Assembly (NCBI GenBank): GCA_000165345.1
Contig: CM000431.1
Span: 832,001 to 896,000 of the forward strand
DNA: 64,000 nucleotides
Direction: 5' to 3'
The notes beneath the pieces were generated by a model. The model did not search any database. It saw nothing but the letters and a program-made list of their open reading frames with translations, and had not been told where the DNA came from. Within the stretch, counting starts at the first letter, position 1, and every line of letters begins with the position of its first letter. Positions 29,521 through 42,400 of this stretch are shown one piece after another. The translations under genes were made by a program, and so were the position numbers.

Positions 29521-29730
29521 GTCTCAAGTAATTTTTACTTTTAAGTATAACTTGAGAACACTTAGGGAAATAAGAGAATATTTAAATTCACAAAATAATT
29601 GAATAAAAATGATAGAAAAGCTCAAAATTATTATTTAATGCCTTTAGACAAAAATCTAAAAAAAGCTATTAGAGTTAATAATACTAGGAGAGAGAAATCT
29701 CTAGGTTATAAAATATCATTGAATAAAAAA

Positions 29731-31782
29731 TTAAGAATCTGAATCTTGAGACTCACAGGAATTATCCTCATGATTAGCATAGTTTTCACTAGATTGATTA
29801 TCTGAATTACCTGGTTTATATGCCTTCTGAGTGATTGCCCAAGAGGCCTGTTTAAGCTCTTCCAGTTGTGATTTAATACTCTGAATAGCGGATTCATAGT
29901 CTGAAGACTGGGTAGATTCTTGTAAAATAGATTGTAATTTAGAAATCTTGGATTCCAAGCTATCTTTTTCTTGGGTATTGATTTGGTCAGCTAGAGAAGA
30001 AATTTGATTTTGTACAGAGTAGATAAAGGCTTCTGCATCATTCTTGAGATCAATAAGCTCTTTTTTAGCTTGATCATTTGCTCTGTATTCTTCAGCTTCT
30101 CTGATCATTTTCTCAATTTCAGCACCACTTAGACCTCCAGAAGATTGAATAGTGATCTCGTGTTTCTTTCCAGTTGACTTATCAATTGCACCAACATTCA
30201 TAATTCCATTTGCATCAATATCAAAGGTGACTTCAATTTGAGGTACCCCTCTGGGTGCTGGAGGAATTCCCATCATTTCAAATTGTCCAAGCAACTTATT
30301 ATCAGCAGCAAATTCTCTTTCTCCTTGGAAAACTTTAATTCCAACTTGAGTTTGATTGTCTGCAGCAGTGGAGAATACTTGGCTCTTTTTAGTAGGTATT
30401 GTGGTATTTCTGTTAATTAATCGAGTAAAAACTCCACCCAAAGTTTCAATACCTAAAGATAAGGGTGTAACGTCGAGTAACAAAAGATCCTTGATCTCCC
30501 CTTTCAAAACACCAGCTTGTATAGCAGCTCCCATTGCAACAGCTTCGTCAGGGTTAACTCCTTTTGATGGCTCTCTTCCAAAGATCTTTTTAACTGTTTC
30601 AGAAACTTTAGGCATTCTAGTCATTCCTCCGACTAAAATAACGTCATTAATCTTTTCCTTAGGGATACCAGAGTCACGAATACATTTCTCACTAGGAGAA
30701 ATAGTCTTTTTCAATAAATCGTCAACAAGTTCTTCATATTTGGCTCTACTTAGTTTGATTTGTAGATGTTTAGGACCTCTTGCATCAGCAGTAATGAAAG
30801 GAAGATTAATTTCAACTTGAGTCTTACTACTCAGCTCTTTTTTTGCAGTTTCTGAGGCTTCCCTTAACCTCTGTAATGCAAGCTTATCACGACTTAAATC
30901 TATTCCTTGCGTTTTCTTGAATTCCTGAATTAAATAATTCAAAATTCGTTGATCAAAGTCTTCTCCTCCTAGGGAAGTGTTACCATTAGTTGCTTTAACT
31001 TCAAACACTCCGCCAAGAATCTCTAAAATAGAAATATCGAAAGTACCTCCTCCCAAATCATAAACTGCGATTGTTTTGCCATCTGCTTTTTCCATTCCGT
31101 ATGCAAGAGCCGCTGCTGTTGGCTCATTAATGATTCTTGTTACATTTAAGCCTGCTATAGAGCCAGCATCCTTAGTTGCTTGACGCTGAGAATCATTAAA
31201 GTAAGCTGGCACAGTAATAACAGCATGCTTTACACCTCTACCAAGATAAGTTTCGGCAGTTTCTTTCATTTTTTCCAAAATAAATGCTCCAATTTGACTT
31301 GGACTATATCTTTCACCTCTAGCTTCAACCCAAGCATCCCCATTATCAGCCCTGACAATCTTATATGGTAAAATTCCCTGTTCCTTCTTGATTGCTTCTT
31401 CTTCGTACCTTCTTCCAATTAGCCTCTTTGTTGCGTAAACAGTGTTTTCTGGGTTTGTGATTGCTTGTCTTTTTGCAACTTCACCAACCAATCTCTGCCC
31501 ATCTTCAGAAAAAGCCACAACAGATGGAGTTGTTCGCATTCCTTCAGAATTTTCTAATACTTTGGGTTGAGTACCTTCTAATATGGCAGTACAAGAATTT
31601 GTAGTTCCTAAATCAATTCCTATAATGTCACCAGTAATTCTCCTATTTGAAGACTTTTTGCCTTCACATTTTGAGCTCATATACCTTGAAAACACTAACG
31701 GAAGGCTCCTTTTAAGTATTCTAGCTGCAATACCAGACGAATTCACCACCCCATTAAAGCTACTATTAATTATCATAGACAT
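29731..31782 (-). CDS. mtHSP70: Mitochondrial-type (DnaK-class) HSP70 with an N-terminal organellar presequence (683 aa).
   Basis: [36 protein letters not shown] and IDANGIM.V are DnaK/mtHSP70-class signatures (GIDLGTTNS rather than cytosolic ...TYS). About 50 aa of basic/Ser-rich N-terminus precede the ATPase domain. Confidence 0.95.
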   Translation of the reverse strand: MSMIINSSFNGVVNSSGIAARILKRSLPLVFSRYMSSKCEGKKSSNRRITGDIIGIDLGTTNSCTAILEGTQPKVLENSEGMRTTPSVVAFSEDGQRLVGEVAKRQAITNPENTVYATKRLIGRRYEEEAIKKEQGILPYKIVRADNGDAWVEARGERYSPSQIGAFILEKMKETAETYLGRGVKHAVITVPAYFNDSQRQATKDAGSIAGLNVTRIINEPTAAALAYGMEKADGKTIAVYDLGGGTFDISILEILGGVFEVKATNGNTSLGGEDFDQRILNYLIQEFKKTQGIDLSRDKLALQRLREASETAKKELSSKTQVEINLPFITADARGPKHLQIKLSRAKYEELVDDLLKKTISPSEKCIRDSGIPKEKINDVILVGGMTRMPKVSETVKKIFGREPSKGVNPDEAVAMGAAIQAGVLKGEIKDLLLLDVTPLSLGIETLGGVFTRLINRNTTIPTKKSQVFSTAADNQTQVGIKVFQGEREFAADNKLLGQFEMMGIPPAPRGVPQIEVTFDIDANGIMNVGAIDKSTGKKHEITIQSSGGLSGAEIEKMIREAEEYRANDQAKKELIDLKNDAEAFIYSVQNQISSLADQINTQEKDSLESKISKLQSILQESTQSSDYESAIQSIKSQLEELKQASWAITQKAYKPGNSDNQSSENYANHEDNSCESQDSDS

Positions 31783-31955
31783 TCTCGAAAGAACAAGTCA
31801 GTGATTTGACCAAGGAACAAATTCTAAATTTAACACTAAAAAGCAATTCCTTCTATTAAAGTACCTTTAACTTATTGCCGAATTCTCAAATTATTAAATT
31901 GGGCTTTTTTTTATTTCTCGAATTCCGTAAATAAATTTTGCTATACTGGGGCTTT

Positions 31956-31964
31956 TTGGCGCCA
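31956..31964. promoter_or_regulatory. E2F-like TTGGCGCCA, 175 bp upstream of the mtHSP70 start.
   Basis: GC-rich island in AT-rich intergenic sequence. Confidence 0.45.
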
Positions 31965-32442
31965 TAGGTGTTCTTCTGATTGTCAAAAATAGATAAAAAG
32001 ATTAGTTAAAACAAAAAAATGCAATAATGTTCAATATTTACAAGTAGAGTTTTAAATAATAAGTAGATTTTAGGTTAAATCAATAATGTTTAAATTTTAA
32101 AAAGGTTTAATCATCAAACTTGCTTTATTTTGAACAAAGGAATATTTTGCATGCAATAATTCAATTTAATATATTTCTACTTTTACTATTTGTATTAAAA
32201 TATTTTAATAGAGTATCATAGGCTAAGATTGACCTCTTTCCATATTTTTCATACCAACATTGAAAAAGTAGAGGTTTGGACACAACAGTTTTTCGATTCT
32301 AAAAAAATCCATATTAAGATATATTGATAGGAAAGTTAGTAGGGTTTATTATAAACCAACAACTAACATAAGTAAATAGGATTCTTTCACTTCATAATAA
32401 ATTCTTTAAGTTTTAGGCTTTAGACGAGCAAATTTTAATAAT

Positions 32443-33057
32443 ATGAAAAGGTATTACAAGAATGAAAGTTCAGGTTTGAGTAGCGTGTTGTCCATTCCAA
32501 GAACAAATACAGATTTTGAAGTTGAGACAGCTGCTACCAAGAGAGAAAGTAGAGAGTTTCCAAGTTTACCGAGTACTAGTATTGAGATAGATAGTGATGA
32601 ATACTGCAATATTTCAAGCGCATCTTTGGATTCAGTATGTATCAAGGATTTATCTAGATTGGAATCAAATTCTTTAATAAAAAAGGGAGACAGATTAAAG
32701 TACAAAACTGTTTGGATGGGTCCAGGAGGAGGTTATTCACTAATGGAGGAGTACACAGAACCAAGAAAATGTATGGAGAGGGAAGTTCCTAAAGAATCTG
32801 AGATGGAACTTAAAAGATATAGACAGCCTGGATCTTGTAAGAATAGTAAAAGTATGAACAACTTAGCAAGTAACTCAAGCGTTCAGGTTATTGAAGAAGC
32901 TGGTATTTTAAAGGAAGATAGCTACATATTCAAGTCTTCAAGATCTCTAGCAAATGTTGATTGGAATAAGCAGGAATTTGTTGGACCACTTCCTTTTCAA
33001 AATAAAGTAGCCATAGGAAACAGAAGTTGTTTGGGTAGAAACTTGATCCCATTATAA
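32443..33057 (+). CDS. Hypothetical Ser-rich protein, 204 aa, no recognisable domain.
   Basis: ATG-initiated ORF in an otherwise empty 1.3 kb interval. GCATGCA element about 290 bp upstream. Low-complexity composition, so coding status is uncertain. Confidence 0.4.
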   Translation: MKRYYKNESSGLSSVLSIPRTNTDFEVETAATKRESREFPSLPSTSIEIDSDEYCNISSASLDSVCIKDLSRLESNSLIKKGDRLKYKTVWMGPGGGYSLMEEYTEPRKCMEREVPKESEMELKRYRQPGSCKNSKSMNNLASNSSVQVIEEAGILKEDSYIFKSSRSLANVDWNKQEFVGPLPFQNKVAIGNRSCLGRNLIPL

Positions 33058-33132
33058 TATTTTAATTAAATTCAAATCACAGGAAGCAGATACAGATTTT
33101 CAATCAAAATAATTATTAAAGATGACTAAAAG

Positions 33133-34887
33133 TTATACAGACCTCTTTTTAAGGCTTGGATGCTTACTATATGAGTGAGCAGAGTTACTACTGCTATTAT
33201 TACTATTATGGTGATTATTAATTGGATTTACTCCATTATTGTTAATTATGTTATTTTGAGTATTATAATTATAGTCCTTTCTTTTCTTGAATAGCTTGCT
33301 CTTCTTTTCATTTGAATTTCCAAAATCTTGTGTTTCTTGGAGAAGAGATGAGCGGATAGATTTTGGAAGCAACCCCCAAATATCTTTAACACTTTGTTGG
33401 GCCTGCTTAATAAGCTCAAAATTTTCTTTTGATAACATTGGAAACGACATTGCAAGTTGAATTTGTTGTTCTTCTGTCAAGTAAGGACCGCAAATCGGTA
33501 AAATTGGCTCAACAAATGGTTGGAAATGTGCATGAGCACCGTATATACCAGGATTTATCATATTTGGAGGCTGAATTACATATCCATATGGATGGGTAGG
33601 TCCTGTCTGTGGGAAAGGAGCTCCAGGGTATCCAGGATGGAAATGGTGTGATGCACCATCTGGAGCATATGCTGGATAGGGATGTCCTTGCATGTTCCAA
33701 GGATCCATAAAAGGGGGTGGTGCATGAATACCAGGGTGTGGCGGCAGCTGGTGAGTAGCTATAAGGGGAGGAGCATGGTGTGGGGGTAATACAGGAGCAG
33801 GCAAACCAGAGTATGAAGGAGCAGCAGCTTTTGCTTTTGGAATTATAGGAATTGAAGTTTCAATACTTTGCTCATTCAAATTAGTAATATTAGGTGGAGA
33901 GAGTTGCTTCAATTCTGCGTTTAAGTTTGTAGCTATAGCAGAAGAAGTTGCGTTTAGACTCTCGTCTGTTGTATTTTGAACATTTATTGAAGCCAAATTT
34001 CCTTCATTCCTATAAGTTGAGTCAACATTAGGAGCTTGCGGTATTGCAAGTTTGTGCTCAGAGCTCTCATTAGTATTATTTTCGACAACACATAAGTCTT
34101 TTTGCAAACTTTCTCCCACTGGAACAGAACTAGAGTCTTGATTTAAATTTTGTGCTAAAGTATTAACTTCCATACTTATCTTGACTTCATCCAATTCAGG
34201 ATCAGTTTTTGCTACGGAAACAGAATCATGTGTTAATGCTTCTCCAGAAATACTAGTGTCCTGGTTTTTGAGCAAATGATCTGAATCCTTAGAAACATCA
34301 GCTTCAGAATTTCTAACAGGGTAGTTAAACTTATCCCAGTCTATGGTCGATAACATATTAGCAAGACTCTTATTAGGTACACTACCTCTGAATCTTTGTC
34401 CACAGGAAGGACAAGGCTTAACGGCCACAGCTTTATTTTGCTCAAGATAATTCTTTACACAGTCCCTGCATGCAGATGCTCCACAGCTTCCAGCACATTT
34501 TATAAGTACTGGATTTAGTAGAGGAAATCCACATAATTTACAGATATATTCTGAAGGCAAGGTCAGTTTTGTTTCTTCTACAACTTCTGTCTCCTCACCT
34601 TCTGCAATACTCCTCTGAGCATCATGGTGTATCTCTTTAAGCTCCCTCCAAGGTATACGCTGTATTACTACTCTGGAGTAAATTGGCAATAACTTATCGT
34701 CAGGAAAAGCTTCTTTTTCATCGTTGTCAAATACCTTTAGATCAAAGAGTTTCATATATTCCTTACCCAAACCTGCATGCTCAGCAACGAGCATCTTCAA
34801 GTCTGAAGTTCTGACTGAAGTTACATTTAGCTCAATAGCACGATATGAATCCGATTTTTCATGTAAAAAGCGATAATATACCGACAT
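33133..34887 (-). CDS. RBBP6/Mpe1-like protein: N-terminal DWNN ubiquitin-like domain plus a Cys-rich RING/U-box-like module, with a Pro/His-rich tail.
   Basis: N-terminus MSVYYRF..SDSYRAIELNVTSVRTSDLK...PIYSRVVIQRIPW is a DWNN-type start. It is followed by CKLCGFPLLNPVLIKCAGSCGASACRDCV...CPSCG (eight Cys). C-terminal half is PHP-rich low complexity. Confidence 0.75.
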   Translation of the reverse strand: MSVYYRFLHEKSDSYRAIELNVTSVRTSDLKMLVAEHAGLGKEYMKLFDLKVFDNDEKEAFPDDKLLPIYSRVVIQRIPWRELKEIHHDAQRSIAEGEETEVVEETKLTLPSEYICKLCGFPLLNPVLIKCAGSCGASACRDCVKNYLEQNKAVAVKPCPSCGQRFRGSVPNKSLANMLSTIDWDKFNYPVRNSEADVSKDSDHLLKNQDTSISGEALTHDSVSVAKTDPELDEVKISMEVNTLAQNLNQDSSSVPVGESLQKDLCVVENNTNESSEHKLAIPQAPNVDSTYRNEGNLASINVQNTTDESLNATSSAIATNLNAELKQLSPPNITNLNEQSIETSIPIIPKAKAAAPSYSGLPAPVLPPHHAPPLIATHQLPPHPGIHAPPPFMDPWNMQGHPYPAYAPDGASHHFHPGYPGAPFPQTGPTHPYGYVIQPPNMINPGIYGAHAHFQPFVEPILPICGPYLTEEQQIQLAMSFPMLSKENFELIKQAQQSVKDIWGLLPKSIRSSLLQETQDFGNSNEKKSKLFKKRKDYNYNTQNNIINNNGVNPINNHHNSNNSSSNSAHSYSKHPSLKKRSV

Positions 34888-35442
34888 TTTATTTACACTA
34901 GTCTATTTTGCTCAACTAAAGTCAAATTTTCTCTCTCTTCGTCCTTCAATCCAAACACATTCAGTAATTCCTTTTTAATCTTTTGTCTCAATCTCTCATT
35001 TAACCTATCTTTTTTTTTTCGTATTATCTTCCGTTCCTATTAAAGCTTTTGAATTAAAAAAATAATATTTACTCTAATTTGGACTTAGCGCGTAATCAAT
35101 TATGCATAAAAGTGATGAGGCATGAAGAATTATTCTGAAGTAAATCCTTTCTTGCTTTTCTTATTTTTAGAAAATCCAACAAGTCACTTTACTGTTAAAA
35201 TGTGAACTTTAGTAAAACCAAGCCACTCTTCTTCTATCCAAATCTTATTTTTCTTATTCTTTATACTCACTATATTATTCACAAGATAACTTCATAGCTG
35301 TCTTTGCAATATAAAATAATTAAAGGCTTCAATCCTCCAATCAAAATATACAGGCAAAAATATTTATTTTTATCTCAAATACTTTTCTAATTATTAAGCT
35401 ATTTTTCCAATTCATTTCCTCCATGCATAGCCTTTTATTTTG

Positions 35443-35454
35443 TTTGGCGCCAAA
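35443..35454. promoter_or_regulatory. E2F/DP-like palindrome TTTGGCGCCAAA, 165 bp upstream of PCNA.
   Basis: Perfect 12-bp palindrome, strongly GC-rich within AT-rich intergenic DNA. The identical 12-mer recurs at 48547..48558. Confidence 0.7.
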
Positions 35455-35618
35455 TCAGTTAAACTTATTCTACAGGTAAAAAAAGGTAATAAGGCCCCAC
35501 AATTGGGGGAATAAAGAGCAATACAATAAAATATATAATAAAATTAAAACTAGAATTAATATAGTAATATTATAGTAATAAAGTTAACGAGGATATCTTG
35601 GCTTTAATTTGAAAAGAG

Positions 35619-36404
35619 ATGTTTGAAGCTAGATTACAGAATGCCATGCTATTTAAAAAGATAGCAGAAGCTCTTAAAGAGCTTTGCCATGATATTAACA
35701 TAGATTGTGATAGCGATGGGCTACATCTTCAAGCCATGGACTCTTCTCATGTTGCTTTAGTATCATTGAATATCCAACCAGATGCATTTGAACATTATAG
35801 ATGTGATAGACCAGTAGTTCTTGGTTTGGATATGCAACAACTCTCTAAATTTATGAAATTCTGCGATAAAGATACTAGTATGACTCTTAAAAAATATGAT
35901 GATAATGAAGATAATAGAATTACTATGTGTTTTGAAGATAATAGTGGAATTCTCTCGTCAAAAGAATGTACTTTAAGGCTAATGGATATTGAACAAGAAC
36001 ATATTTCAATCCCGGAAGAGGAATACGAATGTAATGTTACAATGCCTTCAAATTTATTTCAGTCAATTGTTAGAGATATGTCAGGTATTGGAGATGAAGT
36101 TAGTCTTGAAATTAGTGGAAAGAATATCAAATTTTGCGTGGATGGTGATGATGGAAAAATTGATCTTAATTTTCCTCTTAATGATAGCCCTGATATAACT
36201 AAAGCAGTACAAATTCATGCTGATGATACAATTTCCCAAAAATATGCCCTTAGATACCTCTCATACTTTACAAAAGCATCTCCTTTAAGCACTACTGTCA
36301 ATATTAGTATTTCAAAAGGAGTACCACTTAGATTACAATTTCCACTTAATGACAAATATGAACATGGAAACATGCAATTTTACCTTGCTCCTAAACTAAG
36401 ATGA
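35619..36404 (+). CDS. PCNA: Proliferating cell nuclear antigen (261 aa).
   Basis: MFEARL..A..FKKI.EA.KEL....N.DC...G...QAMDSSHVALVSL...F..Y.CDR...LG..M...SK, then LAPK at the C-terminus: full-length PCNA pattern. Perfect palindrome TTTGGCGCCAAA (E2F-like) 165 bp upstream. Confidence 0.95.
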   Translation: MFEARLQNAMLFKKIAEALKELCHDINIDCDSDGLHLQAMDSSHVALVSLNIQPDAFEHYRCDRPVVLGLDMQQLSKFMKFCDKDTSMTLKKYDDNEDNRITMCFEDNSGILSSKECTLRLMDIEQEHISIPEEEYECNVTMPSNLFQSIVRDMSGIGDEVSLEISGKNIKFCVDGDDGKIDLNFPLNDSPDITKAVQIHADDTISQKYALRYLSYFTKASPLSTTVNISISKGVPLRLQFPLNDKYEHGNMQFYLAPKLR

Positions 36405-39400
36405 AGAATAATCATTTATCATTGGTAAAATTTGTTCTTCTGAAGGCAAAGATAAAATTAAAGATGATGGTGATAAAGGTAATGGTGATGGCGATGGTGA
36501 TGATAAGGAAGAAGATTTAATTGTGTCTTTCTCCTTTCTTGCAAATTCAATTAGAATATCTCTAGATAATATTCGTAGATTTTGATCTTCCAATAGAGTT
36601 ATATCCAATAATACCTTATAAAAACGAGAACTTTTCATTATATATTCAGATTGTTTCATTTCTTTAAGATCACTTAATAAACTATTCAAAACTGCTTTAT
36701 ATGAATAGGTAATATCTACTTTATTCTTGAGAATACGATCATAGCTTGAATTAAAATGATGGTTAAAATGTATATTTGGACTAATTATACTACTTAATCT
36801 CTTCTTTTCATAATAATCATCAGAATGAAGACCTTTTTCTCTTCTTTCCAATGTATTATTTTTGCTTTTCTCAATCTTTACATATTTCTCCAATATATCT
36901 TCACATTGAGAAAGTAATTCATTCTTATAGTATTGTAAATTATCTTTAAATTGTAGTGAAAATTCCTTTCTAACATGTAATTGAATCCATAATACCAAAT
37001 AAATATTATATTGAAACAGATCAAACTTAACTAAATTTAATCCATTTAATAATTCAAAATATAATTTATTTAATGAATTTATTATTGTATCATAAATCAT
37101 TTTATTAATCCCCATATCCAGCTCTCTTTCTATTGATCTCAAATCTATCATATACCAATCAAATAATATGTTATATATTACTAATAAAGCAGAATATAAA
37201 TCATGAACACAATCTGGTCTATTAATTGTAATCATTGTCTTTTCTTCATCATAATTTGATTTATACTTTATATCTTTAAATATTAGCTCTTCTATACTTA
37301 ATCTTAATCTTATAAAAGAATCATACATTTCTTGATCATTAGTATTCTTAATGTTTTTATGAGAATAGCATTTCCAATTCTTTTCTAAACAATGTTTTAA
37401 TGAAATTCTTCTTCCTTTATTTTTATATTTACCAATCTTATTCGGATCTATCCCATTTTGGTCATTTTTATGATTCTTCTTATTTTCTATTAACCCAAAA
37501 TATCTCTTATTGAAAAATTTTGATCTAAAAAATATCTCAAATTGATTATGTTGTCTTCTTTTACGAGTATCAACTATCTCATCATCTTTTGATTTCTTCT
37601 TCTCATTGATCTGATTTTCAAATTCTCTTTCACCATAAGCAACACCCAAATCATCAATAGAATATCTACTTCTTACATCTTCTATTATATATTTATTAGG
37701 ATCAATTTGTATAGATTTTGTAAATTCTCCCACAAAATTTGAATAATATTGAAAAATTTGATGCCATTCTTTGTATCCAAATAAACTCTTATTATTATAT
37801 AAAAAATTTATATAAACTATCAACATCTTATATTGAATCTTTATATCATCTTTGCAAAATATACTCATTGTTTGAGATAATAAAATTTGATTTGTTAAAA
37901 TTAACCAATCTTTTAAAAGAAATCTATAATATTTAATACTTGTTCTAAATATATAAAATTCAATAATTTTATATACATTATGTATTATCTTTATAGCTTT
38001 TAAATCTCCATACTCTTTATCTATTTTAATATTATTGATATCATCATAATTTAAATTCTCTAAAATTTCATCAGAAATTAAATGATCTTTATCTTCTGTC
38101 TTATTTGTTAAAACTCTATTAATTTCTTTAAATTTTTTATTAAATATTGTCAAGTTATTTTTATAATTTGTTTTCATCTTAAGATCTTCTTTGCTACTTA
38201 AAGTTAATTGTGTATTATCCAAATGAGAATTCTTATTTGTAACTTCAAATGTACTTTTTTCATTTCTTGTTGAATTATAGCTTATATAACGTATTATATC
38301 CAAATCTGCCTCATCATTAACAAAACAATTATCTTCATCATCATCATCATCATCGTTCTCAAAATCATTTTCATCATGATATTCCTCAGTTCCTGAATCA
38401 TCTTCTAAACGATTATTCTTGATCATTGATTCTTCTTCAAGTAATAATGATGTCTCATGATTTTTTTCTTCAGTTGTTAATTTATCCAAAAATTTTACTC
38501 CTTTTGTTTTCATATAATCTGCTGTTAAACTTATATTTGTTTGATTTATAATATTCTTTTTATTATTAAAAGAAATTAAGTTTATAATATCAGGAATAAT
38601 ATTCTGAATTAAAAATACTTCATGGATTATTAACTCAATAGGACAAATTCCTAACCAATAATTAATTAATTTTGAAATATTTACTAAATAATAATAATAT
38701 AAATCCAAATACTTCTTTTCAAAAATTAGACTCTTTGTAATAAGTTGAGAGAATTCATTAAAGTAGCACAAAATTAATTTATATTGATTCTTATTATATA
38801 CATTTTTTCTTATGTTATTAGTCTTTCTAATATTTAATAATTGTAAACCATTTATATTATCTTCATCTAAATTCTGTATTTCTTCAATATCTTGATTATT
38901 AATATACTTAATTTTGATATAAAACATATATAATATGTAATCTAAGATCTTACAAATTAATTTACTTACATTTTTTTGAACAAAGACTTTAATTAGTATA
39001 AAAAAAGTATCCAGTAATTTGGAAAATATATCATCATCCAAAATAAATGATAATCTTGGTATAGTTGTCAAACATAATAAAATTCTGGCTAAAATCTCAT
39101 TCTCCTTATCTTTGTTTAACTCTTCTTTATTTGAGTGTGAGTTTGAATTCAATATATTGATTAGTTTCTTCTTCTTACTGTTATGATGATTATTAATATT
39201 TTTTTCTTCAGTTTTTTCTATTCCTTTTTGGATTCCTATAATAAAACAATAGTAAATCTCAATAATATCATTTACATCTAAAAAGTTTAAAAGCTTCAAA
39301 TTTTGATATAAATTTTGTATATTCTTTAAGATTTCAAGTAAAAGTTCAACTGTAACAATGTACTCATTATATGATTCATAGTTAATAATTTTCTCAACCA

Positions 39401-42400
39401 ACTTTTTAAAAAGAATAAATATGGATAATTGAGTCAAATTTAACTCTTTTGAATGGAAATACTTAAAATTTGTACTTAATTGATTGCTTGATTTTTCCAA
39501 AATAAAATCTAATGATGAGGAAATAATAATCATTTTAATTTCTTCAGGATAATTATTAACCTTATTTTCATCCTTAATATTATTCAAATATTTTGATCTT
39601 ATAAACATATCTTGGGATTCAATAAATTTGATAGTAAAACTCTTTATTGAATCCAAAACTTCTAAGTATGCTTTTCCACTCAAAATCTGAATTATCTCAG
39701 AGTAATATATTGGAATAAAATACTTATCCCAAAGAATTAATTCAAAAAATTCTTGAAAATTATATTCAAGAATTAAATTCATAAATTCAAAAACTTTTCG
39801 GAATAGAAATAACTCAATAGATTTTCTTCCTGATAATACAATTTGGTTTCTAGCATTAAATATTAATGCTAAAAATAAGTCTGTAATCACTCTCTTATTT
39901 TTTATCGGATCCATTGCAATTCTTGTGAATATTCTTTCCATTACTTGGTAAAATTCTAATTCGTTTGTGATTAATTTAGAGTTAAACATTTCTGTTCTTC
40001 TTAAGTTAATTAACGATACTTGATTCAGAATTAAAGAATATTTTTCGTCATTTATTATAAGCATCTCGCCATTGTTTTCAACGGTTGAATTTTGTTCGAT
40101 AATTTCTTCATCTTTAAACCATAAATTATTAAAAGAAATGGAATTTTTTAGATTGGTATATATTTGAATATTTTGACTATTTGAGCCATATATTATTTTG
40201 TTTTGGAAATATGTATTCGAACTAATGATCTCATTTTCATCTTTGGATTGAATTATTTCAGTATCCTTATTAGAATAGTCTGGAGAAGTTTCTCTAGAAC
40301 TTGAAGCTCTAGAAATACTTCTGGAATTATCTCGTGAATTATTATTAGAAAGTCCAGAATTAATAATACTTTTGGTAGAATTAAAGATATTTTTTGTAGA
40401 CTTGATTAATTTTCTATTGAAAAATTGATTAAAATGACGGCTATTCAAAGTATTTGACTTGGTTAAGTTTAAAGAAATTTTACTCAAAGTTAGAAATTTG
40501 GTCAAATCATTACCAAAAGCCTTACTTTTATTATTAATGAATTTATTATGATCAAAATAATCAGAAATATCTGTATTATTGCCTTTTAGTATGGTTTTAA
40601 CATAAAAGTATCTGTCAACTTGAGATACAATTCCAATCATGATTACCCATAAAATAAAAGGTACTTGATCTCCATAATCTTGGCTAATTTCAAAAATAGC
40701 TTTGATTGCTTCAATATTTAAATAATTAAGACTAGAATGTGTTGAAAAAGATTCATTAGAGATCAAATAACTCAAAAGTACCTCGGATTCTTGATTTGTA
40801 GAGTGAGCAAATGAATGAGATATAGACTTTTCATTTTCATCTTTTACTTTACATTCTTGTTTAGATTCAAAGCTATTGTAGAAATTCATACTAGTCTGAA
40901 AGCTTCTAATAATTAAATCTGAGTATTGTTCAAGTATACCACTTTTCTCTAATTCTGGAAATTTTAATGATTTTGAGTATTTTTCATCCTCAAAGCTGTG
41001 ATGATCATTTTTTAAAATAACCCTAATTTCCTCAGTTATATTAGAATTACAAAAGAATAAATCATTAAGATTGAGAGGTAATGTTAATGTATTAGTCAAA
41101 TAAGATAAAACTGTTAAATTGATCGTAAAAGACGATTCTAATCCAAGTATTATTCCTAGTTCTGTTGAATATTTTAGAATGGGTATCCAACTTATCATAG
41201 TTTCTTTTCCAAAACACATCCAAAAATCAACATTTGATAGCATTGTAGTAAAATAGCAACATATCATTTTTCCCAATAATATTATGTAGCTTTCTTCTAT
41301 TTCAATACGTTTTTGATTCATGGATTCAGTTCTTTTATATTTTCTGTTACTCCAATTTGGATGCATTTCTTTAATTAAATCAGAAATAGTAATTTGAAAA
41401 ATACTATTAATATCTCTAACTTTAATATCACTATTCTTATTATTTGTAATCCATTTTGATAAATTTTGGTTATTTCCAATTACACTGGAAGTTTGAAGAA
41501 TATTATTGCTATGGACTACTTTTGTATTTTTATTAAAACTTAATCCATCATATTGGAAATAAATACTTTCTTGTTGTATCTCACTTTTAATTGGTAGGTT
41601 TCTGCCTTTTAAACACTCACTCAAGCCAATAATCCATTGAATAGGAGTATTTGGAATAAATTTCCAGTAAACAATATCCTCTGAATAGATACCATTGAAG
41701 TAGATGGTTTCGAATTTCTTTTTAATTGATTGATATATAAACTTGAAAAGATCTTTTTGATTGGCAATGATTTCTGGATCAGTCTGAAAGCTGAGTAGAT
41801 TAGCGATCTTGTGAATTATTTCATTACTAATTATTTTAATTTGGAAATTGGAACTATAAGAAGAACTTGAATTGTAATAACAAGCATTTTTGCTATTATT
41901 AGTTAAACAAGTATTGGTAAATTCCAGATTTTGAATTAAATTAATAAGGTAATCAATATAAGGAAAGTAAACTTTGCATCTTTCCTTTGAATTTTCAAAA
42001 ATCCATTCATTCAAAGTAATATTATCATAAAATGCCTCAAGAGAGTCAACAAGTTTTGGAGATGATAATATTAAATCATTATGATTTTTGATAAAATCAC
42101 TTTTTGACATTCTATAATAATTTTTGATTTCTTTACTATGAGCATCAGTATGAAGCATGATTAGAGAGAAAGCAATGATGTAAATCTTGTCTTTATTTGG
42201 AAAGATTTCAGGATTATCCAAGAAATATCTGAGGGAAAATTCTTCAATAATTCTGTCTATTTTCTGGGCTTCTCCAGGAAGATGAAAGTTGGAAAGAAAC
42301 AAATATAAAGAGAAATCCAAGCTTTTATTTTTGAATGAAAACTGATTACAATAATGATTTAGTATTTCTTTGTTTCTTGGATTTGGAAGAGAAATATAGT

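Noticed and set aside
30356-30820. 154-aa + strand ORF, plus other 60-80 aa ORFs, inside the mtHSP70 gene.
   Set aside because: Antisense shadow ORFs within a highly conserved HSP70 CDS. No start context or motif.
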